DNA from: Promethearchaeota archaeon
GTDB lineage: Archaea; Asgardarchaeota; Lokiarchaeia; Sigyniarchaeales; SOKP01
Length of the DNA stretch: 64,000 nt
NCBI GenBank assembly: GCA_019058365.1
Contig: JAHPZE010000018.1
Span: 1-64,000, forward strand
Direction: 5' to 3'
Of the stretch, positions 40,005-50,777 are shown in pieces. A program made the position numbers and the translations under genes. Below the pieces are notes generated by a model. The model searched no databases, had not been told where the DNA came from, and saw only the letters and a list, made by a program, of their open reading frames with translations. The first letter of the stretch is position 1, and each line of letters begins with the position of its first letter.

Positions 40005-41999
40005 GTGTTAAAAATAACTGATATACTCTCAAAATATGAAACAACCAAAATCTCACAAAAAATGCTAATAAAAGGAGAACCTGGAACAGGTAAAACTGAA
40101 CTATTTGCTAAGCGAGTCGTCCACCTAATTGAAGAAGAAGGGTTAGAACCTAGAGCCATATTAATCTTAAGCTTTACGCGAAATTCGGTACGCGAAATGA
40201 AGGATAGAATCAAGAAGATATTAAAAAAAACATCTCCTCAGGTATTTAATAAATTAAAAATAATGACATTTGATAGATTTGCCGCAAAAATCCTGCAAGA
40301 TGATAGAGAATATAGGGTTTTTGACAATAAATTTGAGACAAATATCTCTAATGCCGTCTCGTTTTTATTAGATTATACAAATAGAAGTGAAGATTTTCAA
40401 TATTTCTTTAGTCGTATAAGATATGTAATTGTTGATGAGATTCAAGATCTATATTATGGTCGTGCTGCTATGTTACAATGCATTTTTTCAACTCTCGCTC
40501 GGATCCAAGATCAATGGGGTTACTTACTCCTATTAGATGAGTGTCAGGAGATATTCTCTTATATGGAAAAAAAAGGAGAAAAATCTGAACTGGGGAATTT
40601 TTTTAAGCGTTCCAAGAATTTTGTTGAATGGGCTATAAAATGGACTGAGAAAAATTATCCTGATGATTTTATAAATGAAATGTTGGATATTCCTATGAGT
40701 GAGAATATACGATTTAAAGACTTAAAAAATGGAAAATTATGTTCCATTATGAAAACGGCACGCTTCATTCTTACAAATCACCCTGATAATATAAAAAAAC
40801 TTAAAAGTTTAAAAAATCGCTTTCCATTAATTACCATTCAAGGAGAGGAAGAATTTTTTCATTTACTTAGAGATAATGAAGATAAAAACAAAACAACTTG
40901 TCTATTATTCAGAGGTAATGAAACGGCAACAAATTTCTCTCTTAAGCTGTACCAGCAAAATCCTCCTTTCAATCACATATATCAATTAAGCAACCAAAGT
41001 AAGGTATTTCCCAATTGGATTGCATTTTCAGTTAAAAATAGTATTAGGGATGATTTAAACTTATCAGATAGTGCTTATATAGAAAAGGAAAAGTATATCG
41101 AGATTTGGAATTTGATGAATTTACAACCAAAATTTAACTTAGATGCTGATAATGCATGGAACTTCCTTTCTTTTATGGCTACAGAAAGTGAAGATGAGGA
41201 ATACATCGACCTCGAGAAATTGAAGTATGGGCTATTGCGGAACTACTCGGATTCATTATTAACAGAATATGGTTATAATGCTGCACCAATTATAATTTCA
41301 AATATACACAAGTCCAAAGGTCGTGAGTATGATTATGTCTTCTTAGAGGATGCATCTCTACCAAATGGAAAAATGTTTGATTTGGATTCCGTACAATTAT
41401 TTGCTAGGTTAAATTATGTTGCACTAACTCGTTGCAGGAAAGACTTCAAATTATTATCTTCCACCCATCGTAGTTTTTATAATTATCGAACTAATGATGA
41501 ATATGAGAATCTAGGTCAGTTTATTTTTAAAATTAAAGAAAAAGATAATGAGAAAATCTTAGAAAAGATCTCATTTTTATTATCTAATGAGGAAAATTCT
41601 AATAACAAACAAGAAAAAATATGGAATTTAAAACTGGGAGAACCTGTAAAAGTTGTAGTAAAAGTTGATCCTCCTGAAAAATTTGCACGAGTGTATATTT
41701 TAAACCAAAATCCTAATAAGAAAAATGAAGAGCTCTGTGTAATAACAGAATCTTATACAAAAAGAATAATTAAGAAAATTAATGGTTTATTGGACAATAC
41801 TGATATAAGCAAAGAGAAAATAAAAAGAAGAAATGATAACACATACACCCTTGTGGGTGCTAGAATAGTAAGCTTAAACACGGAATTATTACCCCCAAAT
41901 GTTAAGGAATTCAATCAAGTAGATATACCCCTTAAAGATTTTCTAATTGGGTATTGGTTAGGCTTTAGAATAATGGGGCCGCTCTATATAAAAAATTAA
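40005..41999 (+). CDS. UvrD/Rep-like SF1 helicase
   Basis: GEPGTGKT, LSFTRNS, TFD, VDEIQD, NIHKSKGREYD, YVALTR. Confidence 0.85.
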   Translation: MLKITDILSKYETTKISQKMLIKGEPGTGKTELFAKRVVHLIEEEGLEPRAILILSFTRNSVREMKDRIKKILKKTSPQVFNKLKIMTFDRFAAKILQDDREYRVFDNKFETNISNAVSFLLDYTNRSEDFQYFFSRIRYVIVDEIQDLYYGRAAMLQCIFSTLARIQDQWGYLLLLDECQEIFSYMEKKGEKSELGNFFKRSKNFVEWAIKWTEKNYPDDFINEMLDIPMSENIRFKDLKNGKLCSIMKTARFILTNHPDNIKKLKSLKNRFPLITIQGEEEFFHLLRDNEDKNKTTCLLFRGNETATNFSLKLYQQNPPFNHIYQLSNQSKVFPNWIAFSVKNSIRDDLNLSDSAYIEKEKYIEIWNLMNLQPKFNLDADNAWNFLSFMATESEDEEYIDLEKLKYGLLRNYSDSLLTEYGYNAAPIIISNIHKSKGREYDYVFLEDASLPNGKMFDLDSVQLFARLNYVALTRCRKDFKLLSSTHRSFYNYRTNDEYENLGQFIFKIKEKDNEKILEKISFLLSNEENSNNKQEKIWNLKLGEPVKVVVKVDPPEKFARVYILNQNPNKKNEELCVITESYTKRIIKKINGLLDNTDISKEKIKRRNDNTYTLVGARIVSLNTELLPPNVKEFNQVDIPLKDFLIGYWLGFRIMGPLYIKN

Positions 42000-42002
42000 T
42001 CG

Positions 42003-43901
42003 GTGAATAAGATGGTTAAAAAATTTCCTTCTACTGAAAATGACCTAAGACTTAAAAGGCCTGATGTTCCACGTTCAGAAATGATATTTTATGAGATTAT
42101 TGATGATTTAAGCGATAACTGGGTCGTATGGCATTCAGTTGAATGGATAGATGAACCAGAAATGAGAGTAGGAGAAGCTGATTTTCTAATATTCAATCAT
42201 AACTATGGATTTTTAGTAATTGAAGTGAAAGGTGGAATTATAACATATGAAGATGATATTTTTTACCAAAAGAATCAAAAAACTGAAAATATAACAAAAA
42301 TACAAGACCCTTTCTATCAAGCAAGGAAATCTACATATTTTTTCAGAGATTACTATACGAAAAAAGCTTTGTTAGAATCTAATCCAAGAGAACTTTTGTA
42401 TTTTTCAGGAAAGAGAGGAAACTTTCCACTATATTATAATTACGGAGTCTTCTTTCCGGGGTCATATTTTAAGAATGATAATGAAGGACTAGCTGGAAGT
42501 CTTAGAACTCCTTTCGATAAGATTTTTGATATATCAGACTATAAAGAACAAGAGACTTGGGTTGAAGAAAATCAAAAAGGAATCACACTTTCTCCATTGG
42601 AAAAATTTCTTATTAACTTATTTAAAGGATTCAAGAAGAGAAGCCTAAAGTTCCCAAGACTAAAAGATTACTTCCCAAAATTAATTAGTCCAAATATAGT
42701 TACAGCTTTTAGGTTAAATCGGTATTTAGAGGAGAGAAATGAGGAACTTATGGGCATAAATGAAGAACAAAATATGATTCTTGATTCACTCTATGCTAAA
42801 CCCCATTGCATTTTTAAAGGAAGCGCTGGATCTGGAAAAACATTTATGGCTATAAAAAAAGCATTAATGAATTACCAAGAGGGCAAAAGAACGCTATTTC
42901 TCTGTTTTAATAAAGAATTACGTGATTTTCTATATTATTATTTCTCAAAAGAATTCAAGCGTAAAGATAGTGCTTGGCATAAAAAAATTCAAGTTTATTC
43001 CATAAATCTTTATTTAAGTGTTATTTGCGAAAAACTATTTGATTTTGATACAATAAAACAAATAAAAAATGAGATTTTTAATTTCCAGTATGAAAATGTA
43101 GCTCATAAGATAAAAACTGAAGTTGAGAGTCAAAAGTTTACATCATCCTATAAGTTCGATGCCGTACTCGTAGATGAGGCTCAGGATATGGATGAAAATC
43201 TATGGGATCTGTTCATTTACTTTTTAAATGATCCCCAAAAATCAATTTATTATATTTTTTATGACCCAGAACAAGCGCTATTTGTCGAAAACTTTGATCC
43301 CAATAGATTTGGGTTAGATATGGGTAATGATCTAATCTTACGTCAAAGAAATATAAGGAATACAACACAGATTGCTCAGTGGCTTAAAGATAAAACTACT
43401 TATGGTGAATACAAGGAATTTTCCGGTATTAAAGGTTTTAATATAGATGATAACAACCAGTTTGATAACCCTGTAGAGGCGATAAACTTTATAATTAACG
43501 AAGTTAAAGACAACATCCTAAAATCTGAAGTGGAACCAGAGAAAATTGGTATACTATCTTTTTTCAAGTTAAATACGGTCTTTAATAAAGTACGGGAGAA
43601 TGATCTCTGTAAATACCTATGGTTCAAGAATGAAGAGGAACCTAAATTCGATTCTATGTTTATAGTAGAACCAAATAATGTTAAAGACTTACCTATAATA
43701 AAACGAACATTAAATAAATGGGTTTTATTATTTACGACTATCTCGTCATTCAAAGGCCTCGAAAAGGATATTATTTTTCTTTTAGTTCCAAAACTGGAAT
43801 TATTTAAAAAGGAAAACCCTAATCAGTATAAATTTTTCCTAATGCAAATTTATGTAGGAGCATCTAGAGCTAAATTTAAATTATATTTAGTGGAATATTA
43901 A
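42003..43901 (+). CDS. NERD nuclease fused to SF1 helicase
   Basis: GEADFLI..GFLVIEVKGG, DPFYQA; GSAGSGKT, VDEAQD, YDPEQ, NIRNT, SFKGLE, YVGASRA. Confidence 0.88.
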   Translation: MNKMVKKFPSTENDLRLKRPDVPRSEMIFYEIIDDLSDNWVVWHSVEWIDEPEMRVGEADFLIFNHNYGFLVIEVKGGIITYEDDIFYQKNQKTENITKIQDPFYQARKSTYFFRDYYTKKALLESNPRELLYFSGKRGNFPLYYNYGVFFPGSYFKNDNEGLAGSLRTPFDKIFDISDYKEQETWVEENQKGITLSPLEKFLINLFKGFKKRSLKFPRLKDYFPKLISPNIVTAFRLNRYLEERNEELMGINEEQNMILDSLYAKPHCIFKGSAGSGKTFMAIKKALMNYQEGKRTLFLCFNKELRDFLYYYFSKEFKRKDSAWHKKIQVYSINLYLSVICEKLFDFDTIKQIKNEIFNFQYENVAHKIKTEVESQKFTSSYKFDAVLVDEAQDMDENLWDLFIYFLNDPQKSIYYIFYDPEQALFVENFDPNRFGLDMGNDLILRQRNIRNTTQIAQWLKDKTTYGEYKEFSGIKGFNIDDNNQFDNPVEAINFIINEVKDNILKSEVEPEKIGILSFFKLNTVFNKVRENDLCKYLWFKNEEEPKFDSMFIVEPNNVKDLPIIKRTLNKWVLLFTTISSFKGLEKDIIFLLVPKLELFKKENPNQYKFFLMQIYVGASRAKFKLYLVEY

Positions 43902-43941
43902 CTCATTTTAAATTTGTTGTGACTTTATGGATCCTATATAA

Positions 43942-44592
43942 ATGGATAAAAATAAGGCATTTTTTAATGAAAATATTGTAAAATGGGGTAAATCAAACTT
44001 AAGGGATTTTCCATGGAGGAAAAACATTACCCCTTATAGAATCTTGATAGGAGAACTACTTTTACAGAGAACTACTTCTAAACAAGTCGATGATGTATTC
44101 AATGAGTTTATTGATGAATATCCTATACCAAAAGATTTAGCTGAAAGTGATGTAGACAAAATTCTAGAAATTATCAAGCCCCTTGGGCTTTATAGACGTG
44201 CTAATGCACTTTTCAAGCTCGCAAATCAATTAGAAAACGAACATTTAGGAGTGATACCTAAAAATTATACAGATTTAATTAAACTATTTGGAGTGGGAAA
44301 GTACATAGCAAATACGGTCCTCTGTTTTAGCTTCAATGAACGAGTTCCGATAGTTGATACAAATGTGATAAGAATTTTCAAGAGGTTTTTTAACTTCAAA
44401 TCTGATAAAAAATACATTGAATCAGATAAAAAAATCTGGGAATTTGCAGAAAGTCTATTACCAAAAAATGATTGCCGATTGTATAACTATTCTTTACTGG
44501 ATTTTGGTAATTTAGTCTGTAGACCAAAAAATCCAGAATGTCAAGACTGTATAATACGGGAAAAATGCGTTTATTATAACAACAAGTTATAA
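43942..44592 (+). CDS. HhH-GPD DNA glycosylase with 4Fe-4S cluster, Mig/TDG (T:G mismatch)-like
   Basis: RDFPWR, PY.ILI.E.LLQRT, GVGKY, VDTNV.R, C..KNPEC..C.....C; no MutY C-terminal domain; linked to a C5-MTase. Confidence 0.8.
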   Translation: MDKNKAFFNENIVKWGKSNLRDFPWRKNITPYRILIGELLLQRTTSKQVDDVFNEFIDEYPIPKDLAESDVDKILEIIKPLGLYRRANALFKLANQLENEHLGVIPKNYTDLIKLFGVGKYIANTVLCFSFNERVPIVDTNVIRIFKRFFNFKSDKKYIESDKKIWEFAESLLPKNDCRLYNYSLLDFGNLVCRPKNPECQDCIIREKCVYYNNKL

Positions 44593-45837
44593 TTATATCT
44601 CTATTTGTATTTTTTTAGCAAAGAAAATCGATTGTTTAACTTCTTCTTTAGATTCAAGGAGGACATTTATAATTAGATCCTGTTGCTCCTTGAATAATAC
44701 TTCTCCCCCTCTTCCCTTGAAATCACCCGTAATAAACTCAATTCTATCTCCAATTTCAATCTCACGGGCATTTTTGATATATGATTTAATAATGTCTATC
44801 CATTTATATATATTAAATAATTCTTTAGAACAAGAGTTACATATAAATATTTGAAACAAATCCTTATGTATTAATCCAGTATGGCGAATTATTCTATAAT
44901 TGAAATTCCATTTATAGGGTAAGGCGAGTACTAAGTTAATTGGATTATAACACGCCTTACAATTACCTACCCTTTCAAAATATCCAAAATATATACCCTC
45001 TCCTAAGTGAGGCCTTATATAGGGATTTATAATCTCTTGAAATTTATTGTATAAGAATTTATGGTTGTATAATACATTTAAAGGAATATGGTCATATTTT
45101 ATAATTTTCTCTTGACGATTAGAATATTTCCATACTCGATTATTGGGTAAAAAATATGAAGGTCTAATATTCGATTCTATAACATAATCAATATCAATTA
45201 ACTTTAAGTTTTTAAAACAACTAAATAAAGAACTCTCTTCGAATTGTGCATATTTTTCAATGAATTTATAATCGAGATAAACGATATTAATAATTCCGGG
45301 ACAAATCGAACTAAAATTCGCTATTTGATGATTAAAACAATCTACAAATTCCTTATCTTTCAAGCATTCTATAAAATTAATGATGGGATAAACCCAGAAG
45401 AAAATAGTTTTTATAACTGAATCGGTTTTGAATTCCTTGAAGAAGGATGGGATTATCCTATATATATAATCTTTATCAAAATTATTCCAATACTTAAATT
45501 GTTTACAATTTAGTGTTTTTAAAAATAAATCGCTTGGAGTTCTAATTATATTTATACTGTTATCTAAATTAACACTAAAGTTCTCCCCTTTATTCCCTGT
45601 ATAAAATGGACAAATTCCAATCTTTTTGCTCCCAATGTGTTTGAAATGTGATTTTCTATTGTAATTCTTAGAACGAAGTACAAAACTGATAGGTAAGAAA
45701 CATATGGGGCATCTAAAACTAAAGTAGTCATTTATATTGTCATATTGTTGAATACTTTTTAAATAATTCAAGATAAATGTTTCAACTTCTAAAGCTGTTA
45801 TTAATTCGTTAGATCCAGATAATATTGCATACTTCAA
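44593..45837 (-). CDS. Multi-domain protein: CoiA-N-like Zn finger, central Cys motifs, C-terminal Spt5/NusG-type KOW (architectural paralogue of 31545-32786)
   Basis: FRCPIC......SHFKH......CPFY; CKAC...CNSC; IEIGDRIEFITGDFKGRGGEV. Confidence 0.6.
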   Translation of the reverse strand: MKYAILSGSNELITALEVETFILNYLKSIQQYDNINDYFSFRCPICFLPISFVLRSKNYNRKSHFKHIGSKKIGICPFYTGNKGENFSVNLDNSINIIRTPSDLFLKTLNCKQFKYWNNFDKDYIYRIIPSFFKEFKTDSVIKTIFFWVYPIINFIECLKDKEFVDCFNHQIANFSSICPGIINIVYLDYKFIEKYAQFEESSLFSCFKNLKLIDIDYVIESNIRPSYFLPNNRVWKYSNRQEKIIKYDHIPLNVLYNHKFLYNKFQEIINPYIRPHLGEGIYFGYFERVGNCKACYNPINLVLALPYKWNFNYRIIRHTGLIHKDLFQIFICNSCSKELFNIYKWIDIIKSYIKNAREIEIGDRIEFITGDFKGRGGEVLFKEQQDLIINVLLESKEEVKQSIFFAKKIQIEI

Positions 45838-45860
45838 TATTATAACCTGATTAATTCGTA

Positions 45861-48065
45861 TTACACAAAGTTTTGAATTACCTGTTTCAGCTGTTCTTTA
45901 TCAATTGTTGAATTTGATAGTATCCAACTAAAAATCTTTTCCATTAATATTACCATCCTATCTACTGAGTGAAAAATATCATTTGGAATTAGATTGACAA
46001 GATCGGAGATATTCTGAGATTTGTTGTTCATATAAAGCTTTTTAGCGTCCTTTAAATCACCATCGATAACCTCATACTCATTAATGAGTTCTATATTTTT
46101 ACTAGGTGTTTTAAACCCTTTTTTTTCAACAATTTCTTTTGATTTTATCTTTTCTAATTCTTCTTGTTGTTCTGCTAGTCTTTTCTTTTCAGCTTCAATT
46201 AGATCTCTTTGTTTTCTTAATCTTTCTTCTTCTTCTCTAAGGATTTCCTCTTGTTTTCTCTTCTCCTCTAAGAATTTCTTTTTCTCATCAATAATTTCTT
46301 TCTTTTGTTCATATATTCTCTTTATCCTAATTTCCTCAGCTATTTTCTTCTTTTCCTCATTCCTCTTTATGATTTGTTTATTTTTAGTTATTATCTCATC
46401 GACTTTCCGTACAAATTGTTCAATATTTCTAGAGAATTCCTTTATCGTTTTATCAAAATCACCTGATTTTGGGCCTGTTTTTAAAGTTTCCTTTGAAGCA
46501 GTTTTTAAATTATTGAAAAACAGCTTTATTTCATCTAATTCATTCTCTTCTTCTACTGATAGAATTTCACTTGATTCTAAGTCTAATTTATATTTCTTCA
46601 ATATGTCATCAAATTTTTCTAAAACATCCATCCAACATTTAATTAAACCAATAAAATTGTTATCATTAGATGGGTCTTTATTAAATTCTTCTTTTGCAGA
46701 CTTATAAATAATTGAAGTGTTTATTTGAATGCTAAATTTTTCTAATTCTTTCTCCAAACCCTCATATAATTCTTCATAATGATTTTGATATCTTTTTGCA
46801 GCCTGTGCCTTTTTCCTTTGCCTTTCGCCGGCTTCTGCCACTTCAACTAACCAGTTGGCAATCTCTTCTCTCACTTTTTTCCAATAATCATTTGAAATTA
46901 TAGAATCTCGACTGCTTTTGGGATTTAGATGTTCAGAGAAGAGATAAATTTCTCCCCACATATTATCAAGGGGATGGCTTTTTAATGATCTCTTGTCAGT
47001 TTTCGCCCATTCCCAAACATCATTAGAGTTATATATTAGAACATTATATAATCTGACTATTATTCCTCTGAAATAGTAGTCAGAAAATTGAGGGGCTGCG
47101 ATTTTCTCTGTTGAACCCCTAAACACAGCCCATCCAGCACCAACTAACTCATTATTAATCTTAAAATCTTTTGCGAGAAAAAAGTATTTTGGGGACAAAA
47201 TGTTGTCTTTTGGTATTGGTTTTTTTATCATAATATTTTTAGTCTGCTTCAAATCAGGAAGATTTCTGTAATGAACCTGTATTTCGTTATAATTATAGTT
47301 CAATGGAATGAATATTTCATCATTAACCTTTATTTTACCAAACTTTTTTCCACTTAAAATGGAATATATATTCTCCTTTAGTAATTCTTTTCCCTCTTCA
47401 TCCTCATTTAGATTATAATCAGTGATAGAAAGATTATTTAACCCATCTTCAAAATCCACTGGCACTACTCTAGATAATTTAAAAATAAATTTCGGGTCGA
47501 GCATTTCCCTGAATTTTTTAGGCGTTATTTCATGTAATGTTATAATAGTTCCATGATATTTCTTTTCTTCTTCATCTTTAGTATCGACTTCTTTCTGGAA
47601 AGATATTATTACATCACTGATATATTTTTTACTTGGATCCTTTAAATCCTCCATCCATTGCCATATTGGAATTCTTCTAATATGCCAATATTCTTCATCT
47701 TTTTTTTTTGACCGAATAATTATATCTTTACATATTTTACCTGCAGAGTATATACCTATCCCAATTTCACCTATAGGAGGAAAGTTTGTTTTTTTATCTT
47801 TAGTTTTAGGACTAACCATTATATCCAAACATTCATTAATTTCATTTTTATCCATACCGATTCCAGTATCCATGATCATTAAATCTCGCTCATCATAATC
47901 TATATAGAGATCAATTTTGGTACTTTTAGCATCTATTGAATTTGATATATATTCCCTCAAAACATACTCACAATTATCATATAATTCTGATGTAAATGCA
48001 TCTAAAATTCTTTTTCCAATTTGAGTATCTTTATAAGGTATTTCTTCTCCTTCTTTTATCCCCAT
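45861..48065 (-). CDS. GHKL (HATPase, MORC/Hsp90-like) ATPase with C-terminal coiled coil
   Basis: LREYISNSIDA, IMDTGIGM, IGEIGIG, HGTIITL, S5-like region ending P.SSRD. Confidence 0.85.
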   Translation of the reverse strand: MGIKEGEEIPYKDTQIGKRILDAFTSELYDNCEYVLREYISNSIDAKSTKIDLYIDYDERDLMIMDTGIGMDKNEINECLDIMVSPKTKDKKTNFPPIGEIGIGIYSAGKICKDIIIRSKKKDEEYWHIRRIPIWQWMEDLKDPSKKYISDVIISFQKEVDTKDEEEKKYHGTIITLHEITPKKFREMLDPKFIFKLSRVVPVDFEDGLNNLSITDYNLNEDEEGKELLKENIYSILSGKKFGKIKVNDEIFIPLNYNYNEIQVHYRNLPDLKQTKNIMIKKPIPKDNILSPKYFFLAKDFKINNELVGAGWAVFRGSTEKIAAPQFSDYYFRGIIVRLYNVLIYNSNDVWEWAKTDKRSLKSHPLDNMWGEIYLFSEHLNPKSSRDSIISNDYWKKVREEIANWLVEVAEAGERQRKKAQAAKRYQNHYEELYEGLEKELEKFSIQINTSIIYKSAKEEFNKDPSNDNNFIGLIKCWMDVLEKFDDILKKYKLDLESSEILSVEEENELDEIKLFFNNLKTASKETLKTGPKSGDFDKTIKEFSRNIEQFVRKVDEIITKNKQIIKRNEEKKKIAEEIRIKRIYEQKKEIIDEKKKFLEEKRKQEEILREEEERLRKQRDLIEAEKKRLAEQQEELEKIKSKEIVEKKGFKTPSKNIELINEYEVIDGDLKDAKKLYMNNKSQNISDLVNLIPNDIFHSVDRMVILMEKIFSWILSNSTIDKEQLKQVIQNFV

Positions 48066-48623
48066 ATTCTATCTCTCTATTCTTAAATACGTAATTTCAA
48101 TTGAATATTTCTATAATTAATATTATTTTTTGTCTTTTTATGCTATAGGATGAATTCTTGATTTTTTCCTATATCATAAAATACTATATTCTTCTATATA
48201 AATTTTAAGAATTTAATTATTTCTTAATCCTGTCAAATTTAGGAGTCATTTAAACCAACTGGGTAATATATCGATAAAAAGTTAGAGATCTACAATAATT
48301 TAGTAAATCAAAAATTAAAATAAATGTAAAAATAGCATTAATAATTCAAAATGACCTGAATATTATTAAATACATATTAATGAAGAGAAAATCTTAATCC
48401 ATTAAACCCTTTCAATTATTAAATGTTTATGGTTTAATAAAAGTAATGTAATCGCTAACATTATTGGATAAGATGTGTTTGAAAAAGGAGAATGAGTAAA
48501 TCTTTTATAAAGAAATTACTCACCCAAGATGAATATATTCAATAGACGATCAACTCGAAAGCCTTTTAAAAACTTCTTATAGCTATGGTTTTTTTAAAGC
48601 AACTAACCTATATCTACAAATTA

Positions 48624-49922
48624 TTAATTATTAAAGGGCTGAAGGTCTTTATTTCCTAGATTGACTCTTCTTTTATTAATTTGATTATTAATATCTCTAT
48701 TATTAAGTATATCAATGAAATTCTTGAGTTTATTATTACTCCCTAAACCCAACATCTTTCGAACACATTCTGCAATTGCCTGAGCTAAAAGGGGGGGAAC
48801 TGAATTTCCTACTTGCTGTACTTGGCAACAAGAGAGCCTTCTTCGACTTCCTCCAGTGGTCGGAGTGCCATAAAACACATAGCTGTCAGGATAACTCTGT
48901 ATTCTAGCCATTTCTCTTATTGTAATTATTCTGTTAAGGGAATAGTGTATAAAATCTTCATTACACGAGGTAATAGTTCTGGTGGGTTTTCTAGCATACA
49001 TCCTTTGTACGGAGCTACGCTTAGTTCTATAATCTTCAGGTATATCTTCCATAGAATGACCTTGTTTAAACTGAGAAAACCTTTTCCGGGTTGTTAATGA
49101 ATGTCTTGTTGTAACATGATTATAAAGTCTATTTTTTTTCCACTGGAAATTTTCCTGAAAAGGACCATTGGGAGTTTTACTATACAACGTTGGATTCTCT
49201 TCATTATTTTTATATGCTATATCATCTAATGCTTCAAAAGCTGTTACCTTCCTCTTTACGTATGGTACTACATCATATTTTTGATTTTCCCTATTAATAA
49301 AATTCAAAATATCACTTTTACGTGTTTGATGTATTTTTGGAAAATAGATTTTTTCACATGATTTCGACCCAATAATAATAAATCTTTCACGATTTTGAGG
49401 AACTCCATAATCTGCCGAGTTTAATAATTCGAAACCGTATCTATATCCTAAAGATGTTATAGTCTTAAAAATAGTGTTTAATGTGTCATTATATTTTTTC
49501 ATTAAGAGGCCTGGTACATTTTCGAATACGAATATTTCCGGTTTTATTTCTTCTATCAATCTAAAAAATTCAAATAATAAATTATTTCTCGGATCCTGCT
49601 TATTGCGTTTTCCTCTCAAGGAAAACCCTTGACAAGGTGGACCCCCAATTATAACGTCAATATTTTCTTTTCTCTTAAATCTCTTCGCAATTCTCATTAG
49701 GATTGCATCTCCTTTGAGCGCTCGTATGTCCTCATTTAAAATTAAAAGCTTTTTTTTTAAATTAGCTCTATTTAATTCATAAGTTTTTAGGGGATCAGGG
49801 TGAAAATCAACAGCACAGACTCCCTGAAATTCTGCCTCTTCAAAACCGAGAGACATACCCCCTGCTCCACAAAAAAGATCTATAAAAGTTGGCTTCTCAA
49901 TATTAGAATCATTAATACCCAT
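48624..49922 (-). CDS. DNA (cytosine-5)-methyltransferase (DrmMII-like position)
   Basis: DLFCGAGG, GGPPCQGFS, ENVPGL, QNRERF, REMARIQSYPD, QVGNSVPPLLA. Confidence 0.95.
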   Translation of the reverse strand: MGINDSNIEKPTFIDLFCGAGGMSLGFEEAEFQGVCAVDFHPDPLKTYELNRANLKKKLLILNEDIRALKGDAILMRIAKRFKRKENIDVIIGGPPCQGFSLRGKRNKQDPRNNLLFEFFRLIEEIKPEIFVFENVPGLLMKKYNDTLNTIFKTITSLGYRYGFELLNSADYGVPQNRERFIIIGSKSCEKIYFPKIHQTRKSDILNFINRENQKYDVVPYVKRKVTAFEALDDIAYKNNEENPTLYSKTPNGPFQENFQWKKNRLYNHVTTRHSLTTRKRFSQFKQGHSMEDIPEDYRTKRSSVQRMYARKPTRTITSCNEDFIHYSLNRIITIREMARIQSYPDSYVFYGTPTTGGSRRRLSCCQVQQVGNSVPPLLAQAIAECVRKMLGLGSNNKLKNFIDILNNRDINNQINKRRVNLGNKDLQPFNN

Positions 49923-50144
49923 GATTTGCTATAATTTTTACCTGCTTTTGATTGAATTATTATCTTTGCCAGATATAAATATTGTGGTGAAATTCCATAA
50001 ATTTTTATTGTATTGAACTAATCTCTACGACAAAAATAATACTTCATTGTTATTATTAACTATTATTACTTTATTGATAATTGTATATTTAAAAACCAAC
50101 TAAAATTAAGTATATATAAAAGAAAAAAAAAAGGGGGGAAATTA

Positions 50145-50777
50145 TTGATTAAAGTTAGGACTTGGTATACTTTCGCAACAGATGTTTTAGGATATTTAAA
50201 TCCAATTTATAGGCTAGCCTTAGGTATGACTCGTGAAACTACTTCAAAAAGACTTCAAGAATCTAAGAAATTTTTAATTTGTCCTAAGGATACGCGGAGG
50301 CATCAGAAGAAAATCTTCAAATCTATTTACCACTCCCTATATGATACAAAAGATCAGATTATTCTACCTAATGATAAGTTAAAAATTCAATCCTATGGTA
50401 AAATTATAACGTCTTTTATAATCACACCTCAGGACGTTGCTGACATAGAATTCATAAAAGCTATTGGCCCATTTAGCCTTTGGACAATTGATCATATTCT
50501 AGATTATACCAAAGGAAAACAAGTCTCACAATTTGGTGTTAATACTGGATCAGTTTCAATCTTTTTAATCCGTATATTTGAGTTAAAAGAAGAAATCATT
50601 ATCCATCGCCCTACAGAGGCAGGGGTTTCAAACCAATTCTTCAATACACCTATCCCTAGTTCAGCCATCCTTAAAAATTGTAAACCTGTAATACCTGATG
50701 AAGAATTCAATGAAATTTTATCATCAATTGAATATATATACTCTCTTTACTCTTCTCTTAAGAAAAAAAATACATAA
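50145..50777 (+). CDS. Hypothetical protein, weak DUF1802/PUA-like resemblance
   Basis: 210 aa, divergent from the MTase; IFLIRIFEL..., PVIPDEEF at the C-terminus. Confidence 0.4.
   Translation: MIKVRTWYTFATDVLGYLNPIYRLALGMTRETTSKRLQESKKFLICPKDTRRHQKKIFKSIYHSLYDTKDQIILPNDKLKIQSYGKIITSFIITPQDVADIEFIKAIGPFSLWTIDHILDYTKGKQVSQFGVNTGSVSIFLIRIFELKEEIIIHRPTEAGVSNQFFNTPIPSSAILKNCKPVIPDEEFNEILSSIEYIYSLYSSLKKKNT

Noticed and set aside
43942-44592. MutY or endonuclease III
   Set aside because: No MutT-like C-terminal domain, Tyr rather than the catalytic Lys after the HhH (GVGKY), and linkage to a C5-MTase favour Mig/TDG.
46084-46707. Long antisense ORFs (also 52923-53444, 43400-43753, 18149-18517, 37602-37880, 2004-2225 and other short ones)
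   Set aside because: F/S/L/I-rich shadows of K/E-rich genes on the opposite strand, with no motifs.
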